Origin: a virus
Lineage: Duplodnaviria; Caudoviricetes
Direction: 5' to 3' (one strand)
Virus record (IMG/VR): IMGVR_UViG_3300044608_001820
Location: 1-53,119 of that record
DNA: 53,119 bases
This document shows, one piece after another, positions 24,863-34,500 of the stretch (positions are counted from its first letter, which is position 1; every line of letters begins with the position of its first letter). Below the pieces are notes generated by a model that was given only the letters and a program-made list of their open reading frames with translations, did not search any database and was not told the DNA's origin. The translations under genes were made by a program, and so were the position numbers.

Positions 24863-25270
24863 ATGAAACAACAAAACGGATTTATTGACCCCGGTATCGC
24901 CGCTCTTGCACTCGGTATAGGCATATTTGCTGCCATCGTATTCATCGGCGGTCCGCAATACAACGTCTGGCAACAGTCTCTTGCTGGTAAGGCAGAGCTA
25001 CAAAAAGCAGAATACACCCGTCAGGTTGCAGTTCTGGAAGCGCAAGCCAAGAAGGATTCTGCTCAACAACTCGCCGATGCCGAGATCATTCGCGCCACGG
25101 GTGTTGCAAAAGCTAACCAAATCATCGGTGATTCACTGAAAGACAACCGTGAGTATCTTCAGTATCTATACATCACCGGGCTGGAAGAAGGTGCCAATAA
25201 AGGTAACGTAACGATCTACGTTCCCACTGAAGGTGGGATGCCTGTGCCCACTTTGCAGATGAATAAGTGA
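24863..25270 (+). CDS. membrane protein, SPFH/Band-7 C-terminal-like
   Basis: TM helix; AEIIRATGVAKANQIIGDSL...IYVPTE. Confidence 0.6.
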   Translation: MKQQNGFIDPGIAALALGIGIFAAIVFIGGPQYNVWQQSLAGKAELQKAEYTRQVAVLEAQAKKDSAQQLADAEIIRATGVAKANQIIGDSLKDNREYLQYLYITGLEEGANKGNVTIYVPTEGGMPVPTLQMNK

Positions 25271-25479
25271 TGGAGATAGGTGTACCGCCCGGGTTTACAC
25301 AAGAAGAGTTCGAGAGGCTACTCGAAGAACACATCACTAAGTCCATGTTTGACGCAATTATCACGTACCTGAAAGGCACAGCGGATGTGATGGAGAAAAA
25401 TGGGCTAGAATATATGACTCCCGATGACCTAAGGCGTCTCGCCTTCGAAATGACGGTGCAGGGATACCAACCCCAATGA
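25270..25479 (+). CDS. hypothetical protein
   Basis: coupled ORF. Confidence 0.5.
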   Translation: MEIGVPPGFTQEEFERLLEEHITKSMFDAIITYLKGTADVMEKNGLEYMTPDDLRRLAFEMTVQGYQPQ

Positions 25480-25661
25480 CCGGATACAAGTTTGAGTTTT
25501 GGGCCGATGCCACAACAAACACGACTTTCTACGTGATAAAGGTAACAGATCCGCACGGTGATACGATCGGAGAGGTAAGAAGTCTCGCGGAAGAAACGTC
25601 GTTGAGGCTTGCATATGAGCTTAAGAAAGCTGACGGTACACGCCTCAAGATCGGCGGTTGA
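25476..25661 (+). CDS. hypothetical protein
   Basis: coupled ORF. Confidence 0.5.
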   Translation: MTGYKFEFWADATTNTTFYVIKVTDPHGDTIGEVRSLAEETSLRLAYELKKADGTRLKIGG

Positions 25662-25793
25662 GTCAATGGATGATCGCATGCAGGAACTCTATAGTCGAAT
25701 GAACGACATAGGTGTTTCCTGTATGACTACTGAAGAGCTGGAGGAGTGGTCGTATCTAATGGCCGAGAGTTTGGAAGGCAAAGGCAATCCTAT

Positions 25794-25851
25794 TGTGCCA
25801 GTTCGATAAGTGTCCACTTTGATATCAGAGAGCTCGAATTCGATGTATAAT
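25794..25851 (+). promoter_or_regulatory. phage promoter P13
   Basis: TGTGCCAGTT-CGAT-AAGTGTCCAC-N28-TATAAT. Confidence 0.72.
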
Positions 25852-25884
25852 TGAGCTATCTACAGAGAAACCACGTGACCACGC

Positions 25885-26610
25885 ATGCTTAACGCTACTA
25901 AGTCCCCGCCTAAACAGCGGGGTGTTTTATTTTCTGACCACGAACTTGATGAACACTCAGTGGTTGTCATCGGCGACATTCACGGGTGCGCGCAGGCACT
26001 GCGAGAACTGCTGATAGAGATAATCAATACCAACTGTCAAGTCGTATTCGTAGGCGACCTAGTCGATCGCGGCACTCACTTCAAGTCCGTAGTCACTATC
26101 GTGCACTCGATGTGTACTGAACCCGAGAAGTGGGGGATCAGAAGCGCAATCTGCCTCATGGGCAACCACGAGAGAATGATTGTTGATGCCCGTAATGGAG
26201 ATGATTTCCGTCTGTGGCGTCAAAATGGCGGCCGTCTTGACGACTTTCTATTCATCTCTGACACTGACCGTTGGGAGTGGCTGAGCGGGCTGCCGCTATA
26301 CTATGAGCACCCGACAAAGATTGAGTGGGACGGCGAGAAACTCGACTTACTCGTGACGCACGGATCGGTAGCTCCCGGCGTCAGTCTCAATCAACAAGAC
26401 CCAGAGACTCTCTACTGGGGCCGGGACATTCAGGGATTCTCGCAAAATCACCTGACGGTGCATGGTCACACTATCTGTCGCCATGGCGAACCACTACAGT
26501 ACGACACTCCGACAGGAAAAGTTCTCCGGATCGACACAGGTTCATATGCCACTGGCATAGTGACCGGGGTCGCCTTTCGGGAAGTCGTTACTTCTGGCAA
26601 ATCTGAGTAA
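25885..26610 (+). CDS. PPP-family Ser/Thr phosphatase / metallophosphoesterase
   Basis: GDIHG, GDLVDRG, GNHE, HGHT, IDTG. Confidence 0.9.
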   Translation: MLNATKSPPKQRGVLFSDHELDEHSVVVIGDIHGCAQALRELLIEIINTNCQVVFVGDLVDRGTHFKSVVTIVHSMCTEPEKWGIRSAICLMGNHERMIVDARNGDDFRLWRQNGGRLDDFLFISDTDRWEWLSGLPLYYEHPTKIEWDGEKLDLLVTHGSVAPGVSLNQQDPETLYWGRDIQGFSQNHLTVHGHTICRHGEPLQYDTPTGKVLRIDTGSYATGIVTGVAFREVVTSGKSE

Positions 26611-26638
26611 AATTACAATAGGAGTCCACTTGGGTCCA

Positions 26639-27217
26639 ATGGAGACAAAGCAGATCATCTATCCCGTCAGTCGATTGCTGGCAAATCCACGAGTCTTCAT
26701 GGCGATCGCGAAAGAGTTCGAGGGACCGGACTGGGAAACAATTGCCAGCGCCTTCTACGATCTGATCGAGAATGACATTCTCAATGAGGAAGATCCTGAG
26801 GACGTGGCATTCAATGCGCCCGAAGTTTGTTTTCGACTGAAACCTGAAGCTGAGGATGTGTTACAAATCATTCTTCCGGACGGGAATGCCGTTGAGCTCC
26901 ATCCCACTGCGAGTTCGATTGATGGCGCGGAGGAATACTATTCGGCGATCCGGACTGAGGAGGAGTTCGCTATCACGTCTACGATCAACGCTCGTTTGAT
27001 TCGTGCTATTGAGGAGGCGGCTCCTGAGGTGGCTGGAGATATCGCCCTGTGCGAACCTCCTACTCCCGCAAATGAGTTCCTTCGCGACGTCGACAATGAT
27101 TGCTTTAGCGGGCAGTTTCACCTGATGTCTGACCCCGAGAAACTCTATGACTTCCGTGTGGAAGTTGTCGATCTGTCCACCGATCAGCTAAAAGCGTCGA
27201 TCCGTAGGATACAATGA
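26639..27217 (+). CDS. hypothetical acidic protein
   Basis: long ORF with an AGGAG upstream. Confidence 0.65.
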   Translation: METKQIIYPVSRLLANPRVFMAIAKEFEGPDWETIASAFYDLIENDILNEEDPEDVAFNAPEVCFRLKPEAEDVLQIILPDGNAVELHPTASSIDGAEEYYSAIRTEEEFAITSTINARLIRAIEEAAPEVAGDIALCEPPTPANEFLRDVDNDCFSGQFHLMSDPEKLYDFRVEVVDLSTDQLKASIRRIQ

Positions 27218-27229
27218 GAAGGAGCAAAT

Positions 27230-27826
27230 TTGATACTCGACCAAACCACCCGAGACCTGATGTTTTTCTCCGAAACTCCCGCTCCCTATACTCGGGATGG
27301 TTGGCTCATTCAAGAGCAACTTCCCACGGAGTGGCATATTCTCGTCGCGGCAATCTTATTAAATCAAAGCAAGCGTACCGCCGCTTGGGACGATATGCTG
27401 TGGAGGCTATTCGAAAAGTGGCCGACTGCCTCAGCCCTTTCCGTTTCCGATACTTCTCTTGAGGAGTTATTGAAACCGCAGGGTTTTTCGAACATGAAGG
27501 CTAAACGCCTTCGGCGAATGTCATCGGAGTATTTAGTGTGGGACCACAAGAATGCTCGGGATCTCTACGGTTGTGGGCAGTACGCTTACGATTCGTGGAG
27601 AGTTTTTGTTAAGGGCGACCGTCCTAAGCCACACGAGATTAACGACAAAGCCTTAGTTAAATTTCTGGAGAGGTATCATGCGGGCTGGCGAATTGGACGG
27701 CCTCTACCACCACTTTTTAGAATCAGCGAGACGCCTAAACCTCGAACAGCAGTTCGAAGAAAGGTATCGGTACTATCGACAAAGGTGTTGGGCTCGGAGA
27801 GAGTGCATCCTGGTAGCAGCAACTGA
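27230..27826 (+). CDS. HhH DNA glycosylase, MBD4-like
   Basis: WHILVAAILLNQS, LLKPQGF, LYGCGQYAYDSWRVF, DKAL. Confidence 0.8.
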   Translation: MILDQTTRDLMFFSETPAPYTRDGWLIQEQLPTEWHILVAAILLNQSKRTAAWDDMLWRLFEKWPTASALSVSDTSLEELLKPQGFSNMKAKRLRRMSSEYLVWDHKNARDLYGCGQYAYDSWRVFVKGDRPKPHEINDKALVKFLERYHAGWRIGRPLPPLFRISETPKPRTAVRRKVSVLSTKVLGSERVHPGSSN

Positions 27827-27868
27827 GCTGAATCTGCCATAATAGACCAAACAACGAAGAATCCAACG

Positions 27869-28699
27869 ATGCTCGACTATGAACTCACACGATTCATTGG
27901 GCGCAAGAACGCTCTCTCGAATCAAATCAAAAAACTTGAGTCGGAGATCCAAGTAAAAATCAGAAAGCTTGAGGAAGCTGCTGATAAGCTTGATGAGTCG
28001 CAGGAGCGTATCATGATCGCCATTGCCGCTTACAAGAAGCAGTGCGAGCGAGGAGCGAACACTGAGCTTCGGAGAGCGGAGCGCCGCATCAAAGAGCTCG
28101 AGAAACTTGTCGCGAACGGTGGAGGACAAGCGCGGGCGGATGTTGATCTTATGGCAGTTGCCCGTGGCCGAACCTTCGCTATCTTCGATGCGATTTTATT
28201 CAGCATCTCGAATTGGTCTACGAGCGGCGATACAGCTCCCGACTTTGAACTTGTGTCTCAGTCGATTCTGTTCCCCGTAGTCTACGAGCAGGTGATGAAT
28301 GGTCCTGAAGGATACTTACTTGACACTGTGCCAACTAGCGCATTAGAGGTTGTCAGGCGCGGACGGGAGTGGGTCAGGCACCTTCGCCAAACCTGCGAAC
28401 GTTCCCTCATCGACCCGGATGTCTGGCATCGATATCAACCCGCTGTCGTGGAGTGGTGGTTGAATGACGCGCTGCCGCTGATCTATGAGTATCGCAATCC
28501 GGAGTGGGATGATTTCGAGGCTTTCTCCCAGCAGGAGATGATCGCCTGGCGAGATTTCCCTGCAAATCGGGCACTGTCATTCCCGCTGATCTTTGACGGC
28601 ATGGAAACAGTCACTCGGTACCGCGACGAGATTCGCGAATCTTCTGGGATACCAGAATTAGATAAGAACGCGATACAAACTCGCCTCGATCCCCTATGA
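27869..28699 (+). CDS. hypothetical protein, N-terminal coiled coil
   Basis: 276-aa ORF. Confidence 0.7.
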   Translation: MLDYELTRFIGRKNALSNQIKKLESEIQVKIRKLEEAADKLDESQERIMIAIAAYKKQCERGANTELRRAERRIKELEKLVANGGGQARADVDLMAVARGRTFAIFDAILFSISNWSTSGDTAPDFELVSQSILFPVVYEQVMNGPEGYLLDTVPTSALEVVRRGREWVRHLRQTCERSLIDPDVWHRYQPAVVEWWLNDALPLIYEYRNPEWDDFEAFSQQEMIAWRDFPANRALSFPLIFDGMETVTRYRDEIRESSGIPELDKNAIQTRLDPL

Positions 28700-29097
28700 A
28701 TGACATTCGGAATCTAGAAAACTGGGCGATTGACACGATCGCTGAGAATAAAAAGCTCGGGCATCTCAAGATGAAGGCTGGTTACGGCCTCATCGATGCC
28801 CTAGAAACTCTCTACATGCAATGGCAGACGAAGAGAACTAAACGTGTCCAAACTGAATATATGAAGTGGAGGGTGCGTCTTCACCGTAAGTGGAACGCCG
28901 ACCACGACTTTCTGCATGAACTCGATGATAATTTTAAGATCGGGTTAAATGATGACACAATAGGTAAAACACTCTGGGATGTTCCACCTGAAGACTCCGT
29001 CAATCTCTCGAATGGATACAACTGGCGCCGCGACTCCGGATACGCACTTCGGGGAGGATCGCGAGATCGAACCAGTCCTTCGGATTTGGTGGAGTGA
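28696..29097 (+). CDS. hypothetical protein
   Basis: ATGA coupling. Confidence 0.55.
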   Translation: MNDIRNLENWAIDTIAENKKLGHLKMKAGYGLIDALETLYMQWQTKRTKRVQTEYMKWRVRLHRKWNADHDFLHELDDNFKIGLNDDTIGKTLWDVPPEDSVNLSNGYNWRRDSGYALRGGSRDRTSPSDLVE

Positions 29098-29251
29098 GCA
29101 CGTAGATCAGTTCAGGTGGGTGCTCACTTTTAGCGCTTCCGAGTACAAAGTTTTTCATGGCAACGCTCTGACCTTAGAACAGGCAATGAGTGACGTTGAG
29201 CATTGTCGTAAAATCTACGAATCAAGGGACAGTTTTCTAACTGTCTACTGA
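29012..29251 (+). CDS. hypothetical protein
   Basis: IWWSEHVDQFRWVL; overlaps the previous ORF. Confidence 0.45.
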   Translation: MDTTGAATPDTHFGEDREIEPVLRIWWSEHVDQFRWVLTFSASEYKVFHGNALTLEQAMSDVEHCRKIYESRDSFLTVY

Positions 29252-29283
29252 GGCACCTAGACCGTCCCTTGGCGTAGTATGAT
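29225..29283 (+). promoter_or_regulatory. phage promoter P14
   Basis: AGGGACAGTT-TTCT-AACTGTCTAC-N29-TATGAT. Confidence 0.7.
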
Positions 29284-29306
29284 ATTTCTGTACAACGCAA
29301 GCACAG

Positions 29307-29468
29307 ATGGACTACCGCGACCTCGCTGTGGATCGTATTCACTACCTTGTGGAACGAGCGCAGGACCTGTACTATGATGAGATGTACGAAGAAGGCGATC
29401 TCCTAATGGAGCAAGCCTGCGAGATCGCTGACGAACTTCGTGATACTTTACAACCAGCCCTCGCCTGA
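29307..29468 (+). CDS. small hypothetical protein, LAVDRI family (not in ORF track)
   Basis: MDYRDLAVDRIHYL... Confidence 0.55.
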   Translation: MDYRDLAVDRIHYLVERAQDLYYDEMYEEGDLLMEQACEIADELRDTLQPALA

Positions 29469-29476
29469 TATAATAG

Positions 29477-32407
29477 ATGCGAACAAAAACTTATCAGATG
29501 GTAACGTCTATGAACTTGAATGAGCAAGGTTATCCTGTACTCAACAACGATCTCCATAAAAAGCTCTTCGGTTCCGCCAGCCGCCCCGTACCTAAGAGCT
29601 TCATGCTCGAACGGTCGAGGCGGCTTCTTAGTAGGTTTGACATCCCCGTGCCGGTAGACTATCCGGATGGGATGTATGATGGTGACTTGCCATTTCCTGA
29701 ACTAATTGGTGGAAACATTGAGTCTCACTTTGAGGCTATGGCTGGGGAGTTCGTCGATGACTATAAGTCATACGCTGACCAATTCTCCACCGCAAAACTT
29801 CCAAAGATCCCTGGCTACGATGATTTCATCTTTCAGCCTGGGTGGACTCGCTATACGTTCGTAAACAACAAGTGGGTCACTGAGAAAGTCCCGTATCCTC
29901 TCGAAAAAGCATTCACGTTCGATACGGAGACCTTCGTTACTGGAGGCGCATTCCCGGTTATTGGCACTGCCTTGTCGGAGGAAGCATCGTACATTTGGCT
30001 AGCCGCCGAGATGTGTGATCCCTCTCTGCCTGTCGATGAATGGACTCAACATGACCTTATCCCACTTGGTGATGGGAACTTCATTGTCGGTCATAACATT
30101 TCCTATGACCGCGTTCGCGCTCGTGACGGCTACACGCTTGATAAAACGGAGCCTGAGAATTTCTACTTCGACACGCTCTCGGCGCACATTGCTGTCTCGG
30201 GTCTTGCGTCGGGTCAACGGTGGCTTTACGTCCTTGCCGGGAAGGATCCAGACTCCCTCACGGAGGAGGAAAAGAAGAAGCTCCGCTTCCGTCCACGATG
30301 GGCAACCGAGGGTGCGACAAACTCCCTAGTGAATGTGTATAACTTCCACGTCGCGGCCGTGCGTGAGTACTTTGGCGAGGAAGTCCACTTCATGGAGGAT
30401 GCTGATAAGGACATCCGGGATGTGTTCGTGAAGGCAACCGAGATGCATCAGTTGGCTAATCGCCGTGATCTTCTCGAGTACGCAATGCTTGACGCCTTCT
30501 ACACATCCGAGTTGTTCCAGGCTCTGTGGCGTAAGTACCTCGAGTCAACTCCTTCGAAGGTAGCACTCGCGGGCCACATGTTCCTCAATGGATCACGTAT
30601 TCCTGTCTCCACGGATTGGCCGCAATGGATCGATCAGGTGGAGAAAGTCTTCGCGAAGTACAACCGTGAGATGTCTGACATCTGTCACGAGTTGATTCAG
30701 AAGTACGTGGATGAATGGCGTGTAGAGCTCGAGAAGGATATTGCCGCCGTACAATCTGCACTGGATGGCGAAGACCGAGCTGACATCATCGCCGCAGCCG
30801 GACTCGAGAAGAAGAAAGTCGTGAAGATCACTGACGTTCTCAAAGGTCTGGATAAGAACGCGGTGTTTAATTGGACTCATCACGCTGATGCCTGGGTTCG
30901 GAAGGATCCATGGATGAGCCAACTTGATTGGACTCCACGTGGATATGCCGGGAAGTATGCCTACATGCCAAAGTGGGCGAGTAAGTATCTGGCGGATACT
31001 TCAGAGCGGATCACGACCAAAGCCCAGGTCTCTCACCTTCTGCTTAAGCTGAAGTGGGAAGACACACCGATTCAACTCACAAAGAGCAAGGGCTGGTGCT
31101 TCCGCACCGAGGAAGGAAAGCTGGAGAAGATTCCGCACCCGAAAGGCAATGGCGACAATGTTGGTATTCTCCTGTCGAAAGACTTTCTAGTCGATATGGA
31201 GAATGGTCGTCTGAGCAGTGACCTTCCCGAGGCGCGAAGGGCGCTTGATATTGCAAATGCCACATCGTATTGGACGTCAGTGCGTAAGCGTGTTCATGAC
31301 CGAATCTTCATGGATGTGGAAAATCCGTACGGGAAGAGTTGGTATATGATGATGCCGGAGATCATCGCTCACGGCACGGTGACTCGCCGAACTGTGGAGA
31401 GCCTGATGGTTACGATGTGTTCTACCAAGAAGCATCGGATTGGCACCGAGCTTAAGACTCGTATTCAGTGCCCTCCTGGCTGGAAGATCGTTGGTGCTGA
31501 CTTCGACGGTCAGGAACTTCAGATCGCTAGCATCTACGCGGATGCCTGGGAGGGAGGATTCATCGGTGCATCGCCAATGGCTCACACGGTGCTGTCCGGA
31601 TCGAAGGAAAAGGGAACGGATGCCCACACCAAGCTCGCTAAGGCAATTAACACCAACCGTGATGTTGCTAAGGGCGTGGGCTTCGCAATGCTATACGGCG
31701 CGGGTGTTCGCACCATCGCTAATACCATCAAGAAGACTTACAAGGACCGGTCCGCAGCTGAACTCCGTCAGTTCGGTAACCGAGCGCTCTCATTCAAGAA
31801 GGGTCAGAAGACTCCCGATGGTCACTATGAGGGAGGGAGTGACAGCGGCTGCTATAACTACATGGAAGGTATCGCCCTTCGCACGAAGATTCCTACGCTT
31901 CCCTGTCTCGGAACCAAGATCTCAACTGCACTCCGCCCTGCGGCAGTAGGCGATGACTTCCACACCGGTCGGATCAACTGGACTATTCAATCGTCCGGCG
32001 CTGAGATGCTTGCCGTGATCCTTACCGCCTCACATTGGTTGGCTCGTAGGTTCAAGATTCCCGCTCAGTTCATCCTCTCGATTCACGACGAGACATGGTT
32101 CATGGTCCCGGAGAAGTACGCTGAGAGCTTTGCTGTATTATTCCAGATGGCTCACCTCTACTCCTGGGCACGCTTCCAAGCAAGCGTAAAGATGAATGAT
32201 GTGCCGCTAAGCCGGGCATTCTTCTCTTCCGTGGCAATCGATGATCGGCTTCGTAAATCAGTTCGAGAGTGTACTGTGACACCCTCAAATCCCGAGGGTG
32301 CCGATGAACCCGACGGCAATGAGTATTCGATGGCTCAAATGGCGGAGCTCGGGTGGGTGAAGAAGCTTAAGACTCGAGCGGATATGGTTGCGAAGGGGTT
32401 GCTTTGA
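29477..32407 (+). CDS. DNA polymerase family A, mitochondrial Pol-gamma-like
   Basis: FDTE, VGHNISYDR, DTLSAHIAVSG, GTVTRR, VGADFDGQEL, RDVAKGVGFAMLYGAG, IHDE. Confidence 0.93.
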   Translation: MRTKTYQMVTSMNLNEQGYPVLNNDLHKKLFGSASRPVPKSFMLERSRRLLSRFDIPVPVDYPDGMYDGDLPFPELIGGNIESHFEAMAGEFVDDYKSYADQFSTAKLPKIPGYDDFIFQPGWTRYTFVNNKWVTEKVPYPLEKAFTFDTETFVTGGAFPVIGTALSEEASYIWLAAEMCDPSLPVDEWTQHDLIPLGDGNFIVGHNISYDRVRARDGYTLDKTEPENFYFDTLSAHIAVSGLASGQRWLYVLAGKDPDSLTEEEKKKLRFRPRWATEGATNSLVNVYNFHVAAVREYFGEEVHFMEDADKDIRDVFVKATEMHQLANRRDLLEYAMLDAFYTSELFQALWRKYLESTPSKVALAGHMFLNGSRIPVSTDWPQWIDQVEKVFAKYNREMSDICHELIQKYVDEWRVELEKDIAAVQSALDGEDRADIIAAAGLEKKKVVKITDVLKGLDKNAVFNWTHHADAWVRKDPWMSQLDWTPRGYAGKYAYMPKWASKYLADTSERITTKAQVSHLLLKLKWEDTPIQLTKSKGWCFRTEEGKLEKIPHPKGNGDNVGILLSKDFLVDMENGRLSSDLPEARRALDIANATSYWTSVRKRVHDRIFMDVENPYGKSWYMMMPEIIAHGTVTRRTVESLMVTMCSTKKHRIGTELKTRIQCPPGWKIVGADFDGQELQIASIYADAWEGGFIGASPMAHTVLSGSKEKGTDAHTKLAKAINTNRDVAKGVGFAMLYGAGVRTIANTIKKTYKDRSAAELRQFGNRALSFKKGQKTPDGHYEGGSDSGCYNYMEGIALRTKIPTLPCLGTKISTALRPAAVGDDFHTGRINWTIQSSGAEMLAVILTASHWLARRFKIPAQFILSIHDETWFMVPEKYAESFAVLFQMAHLYSWARFQASVKMNDVPLSRAFFSSVAIDDRLRKSVRECTVTPSNPEGADEPDGNEYSMAQMAELGWVKKLKTRADMVAKGLL

Positions 32408-32579
32408 CTAAACTCGAACGTGCCATCGACGCCCTATATCGTGGAAGATGCAACCTTATTCAAGCATGCTCGTTAGCCGAAGTCGATCAGGAAACGATGA
32501 AAAAGTTCTTGCTTGACAAAGTTCAGTGCACGCCGTCACACCCGCTCCAACTCTCTCTCGACCTAAGGAACTCTGACCA

Positions 32580-32756
32580 ATGAGCAAGAAAAAGGCACAA
32601 TTTTACAATCTAACGCTTCTGGCTAATAATAGACCGTACGTCTCGATCACTTTCTTCGATCACAAGGAGCGCCGAATGCTAAGCTCTGTTGATGTTGTTC
32701 TCAACCTCGACTACCATGACGACGCAACCATCGGATCCTTTGTCACCTCTCGTTAA
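32580..32756 (+). CDS. small hypothetical protein (not in ORF track)
   Basis: AAGGA RBS; MSKKKAQFY. Confidence 0.45.
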   Translation: MSKKKAQFYNLTLLANNRPYVSITFFDHKERRMLSSVDVVLNLDYHDDATIGSFVTSR

Positions 32757-32761
32757 TCAAC

Positions 32762-33337
32762 ATGTCAATGCTAATCATCGTTTCTGGTCCAGACCGAGTT
32801 GGTAAGTCAACTCTCATTGATTCCATGGCTCAGGAGCTAGGAGTGGACAATACGTTCGTAGCTCACCACGGTCCTCCGCCAAAGCATAACGACAATATCT
32901 TTGACATGTACCGGGACACTCTTCAGGACTGGAGGTGGTCTAAGAAACCTTATGCGATCTTCGATAGGGCATACCCATGCAGCTATATTCTTGAGCAGCA
33001 CCGCCGCCACAATGCCGGACATTTCGAGGACATCATTGACCTGGAGATCGAGACATCCGAGGCTGTGGACTCTGTGGTTCACCTTGGCGTCTTTCGCCCA
33101 TGGTATTGGTCAGCTCCCCTGCACCTTGAGGAGATCCGAGAGGAGGAGCCTGGCGCCGCTCTATGGTACATCCGCGACCAGTACATCGCACGCATGCAGG
33201 AGCACGAGATCTATACTCAGCAGCTCCTTAACTTCTACGAGAACATTACGATGTTCCCGAACTATCAGATCCACAATCAAGATACCAATGGACGGGCGGC
33301 ACTTGCCAACTGTCGCGAAGCTCTACGTAAATCCTGA
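32762..33337 (+). CDS. dNMP/thymidylate kinase-like P-loop protein
   Basis: SGPDRVGKST, IFDR. Confidence 0.75.
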   Translation: MSMLIIVSGPDRVGKSTLIDSMAQELGVDNTFVAHHGPPPKHNDNIFDMYRDTLQDWRWSKKPYAIFDRAYPCSYILEQHRRHNAGHFEDIIDLEIETSEAVDSVVHLGVFRPWYWSAPLHLEEIREEEPGAALWYIRDQYIARMQEHEIYTQQLLNFYENITMFPNYQIHNQDTNGRAALANCREALRKS

Positions 33338-33552
33338 TGCCATTTCCTATGCCACGCGATCCTAACTTCATGCTTGAATACTGTCGAGAGTGGGTGGATG
33401 ACGCCAACTATCGATATGATCACGGAATGCGATCGATGGCACAGGAAAGTATACGAACGGCGGCACAACTATATGTTCAGTTGCCGCCGGGATTTTCTGA
33501 TTTAGAGTTTGAAAAGTATTACGAGGAAACACTCAAGAAGGTTTACGGATGA
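33337..33552 (+). CDS. hypothetical protein
   Basis: coupled ORF. Confidence 0.55.
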   Translation: MPFPMPRDPNFMLEYCREWVDDANYRYDHGMRSMAQESIRTAAQLYVQLPPGFSDLEFEKYYEETLKKVYG

Positions 33553-34457
33553 GACTACAAAGTTTGGAAGCAAAAACACAGCTTGGTCACGTTCTTCATG
33601 CCGGTGATTACGCGATTAAGCATGATAATTGGGACTATATCTACAGCGAGTATCTCTATGAAATCATGACTAACGGCGAGAAGTTCGTCGGTAGGAATGG
33701 CGAGACTCGCGCGCTCTTCGGTTGTTCAGCGAAGGTTGATCTTCGTGTTGGATTCCCGCTCACCCGCCTTCGGAAGATGCCATGGATGAATATCCTTCGG
33801 GAACTAAAGTTTGACATCGGGTTCAACACCAACGTCGAAGCTCTTGGTCCCGCTAAGCACTTCTGGGATTTTCTCGCCGATGAGAACGGTGAGCTGGGTG
33901 CCTCCGCTTACTGTCGGCAGTGGCGCCAGTGGCCACCATCATCACCGGGATACGAGATGCCTAACGAGCGACTCGTTACTGACAGGTCTATCGATCAGCT
34001 CAAAGATGTGATCGTCAAACTCATTGAGCAACCTAACACCCGTCAAGGCACTGTCATCACTCACAATCCGACTGCGATCGATCCAGCGTGCCCACCCTGT
34101 CACATTGCGATGCAGTTTGCCCCATCGGTGGATGGCTGGTTGGATCTGATGGTGCCCGCCCGGTCTAACGATATGGTTGTCGGGTTCCCGCTGGATATTG
34201 CCCGCTACGCCTTGATTCTCAAGATTGTAGCGATGAGAAGCGGTAAGGCTGCTCGTTTCGTGTACATGCCAAGCGCTAACTCGCATATCTACCAAAATTG
34301 CTATGATATTGTCGATGAGATGCTTGACCGAGAGCCTAAGCCTGAGTGTCAAGTTCGCCTCACCCGTTGCCCTGGAAGCCTCTCAGATGTAAATCTTGAG
34401 GACTTTGAGCTAACTGATTACGACCCGCATCCCGCGATTAAGATCGCAGTTAACTAA
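33549..34457 (+). CDS. thymidylate synthase-fold enzyme, probable dCMP (hydroxy)methyltransferase
   Basis: GFPL, YCRQWR, DQL, PPCH, RSNDMVVGFPLDIARY, HIY. Confidence 0.85.
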   Translation: MRLQSLEAKTQLGHVLHAGDYAIKHDNWDYIYSEYLYEIMTNGEKFVGRNGETRALFGCSAKVDLRVGFPLTRLRKMPWMNILRELKFDIGFNTNVEALGPAKHFWDFLADENGELGASAYCRQWRQWPPSSPGYEMPNERLVTDRSIDQLKDVIVKLIEQPNTRQGTVITHNPTAIDPACPPCHIAMQFAPSVDGWLDLMVPARSNDMVVGFPLDIARYALILKIVAMRSGKAARFVYMPSANSHIYQNCYDIVDEMLDREPKPECQVRLTRCPGSLSDVNLEDFELTDYDPHPAIKIAVN

Positions 34458-34500
34458 CGGGGTAAAAAATTACGATAGAGGTAACTCGAAACACACTTTC

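Noticed and set aside
29477-32407. Intein or intron in the DNA polymerase
   Set aside because: Continuous ORF with no splice-junction or LAGLIDADG motifs; the extra length fits a Pol-gamma-type spacer.
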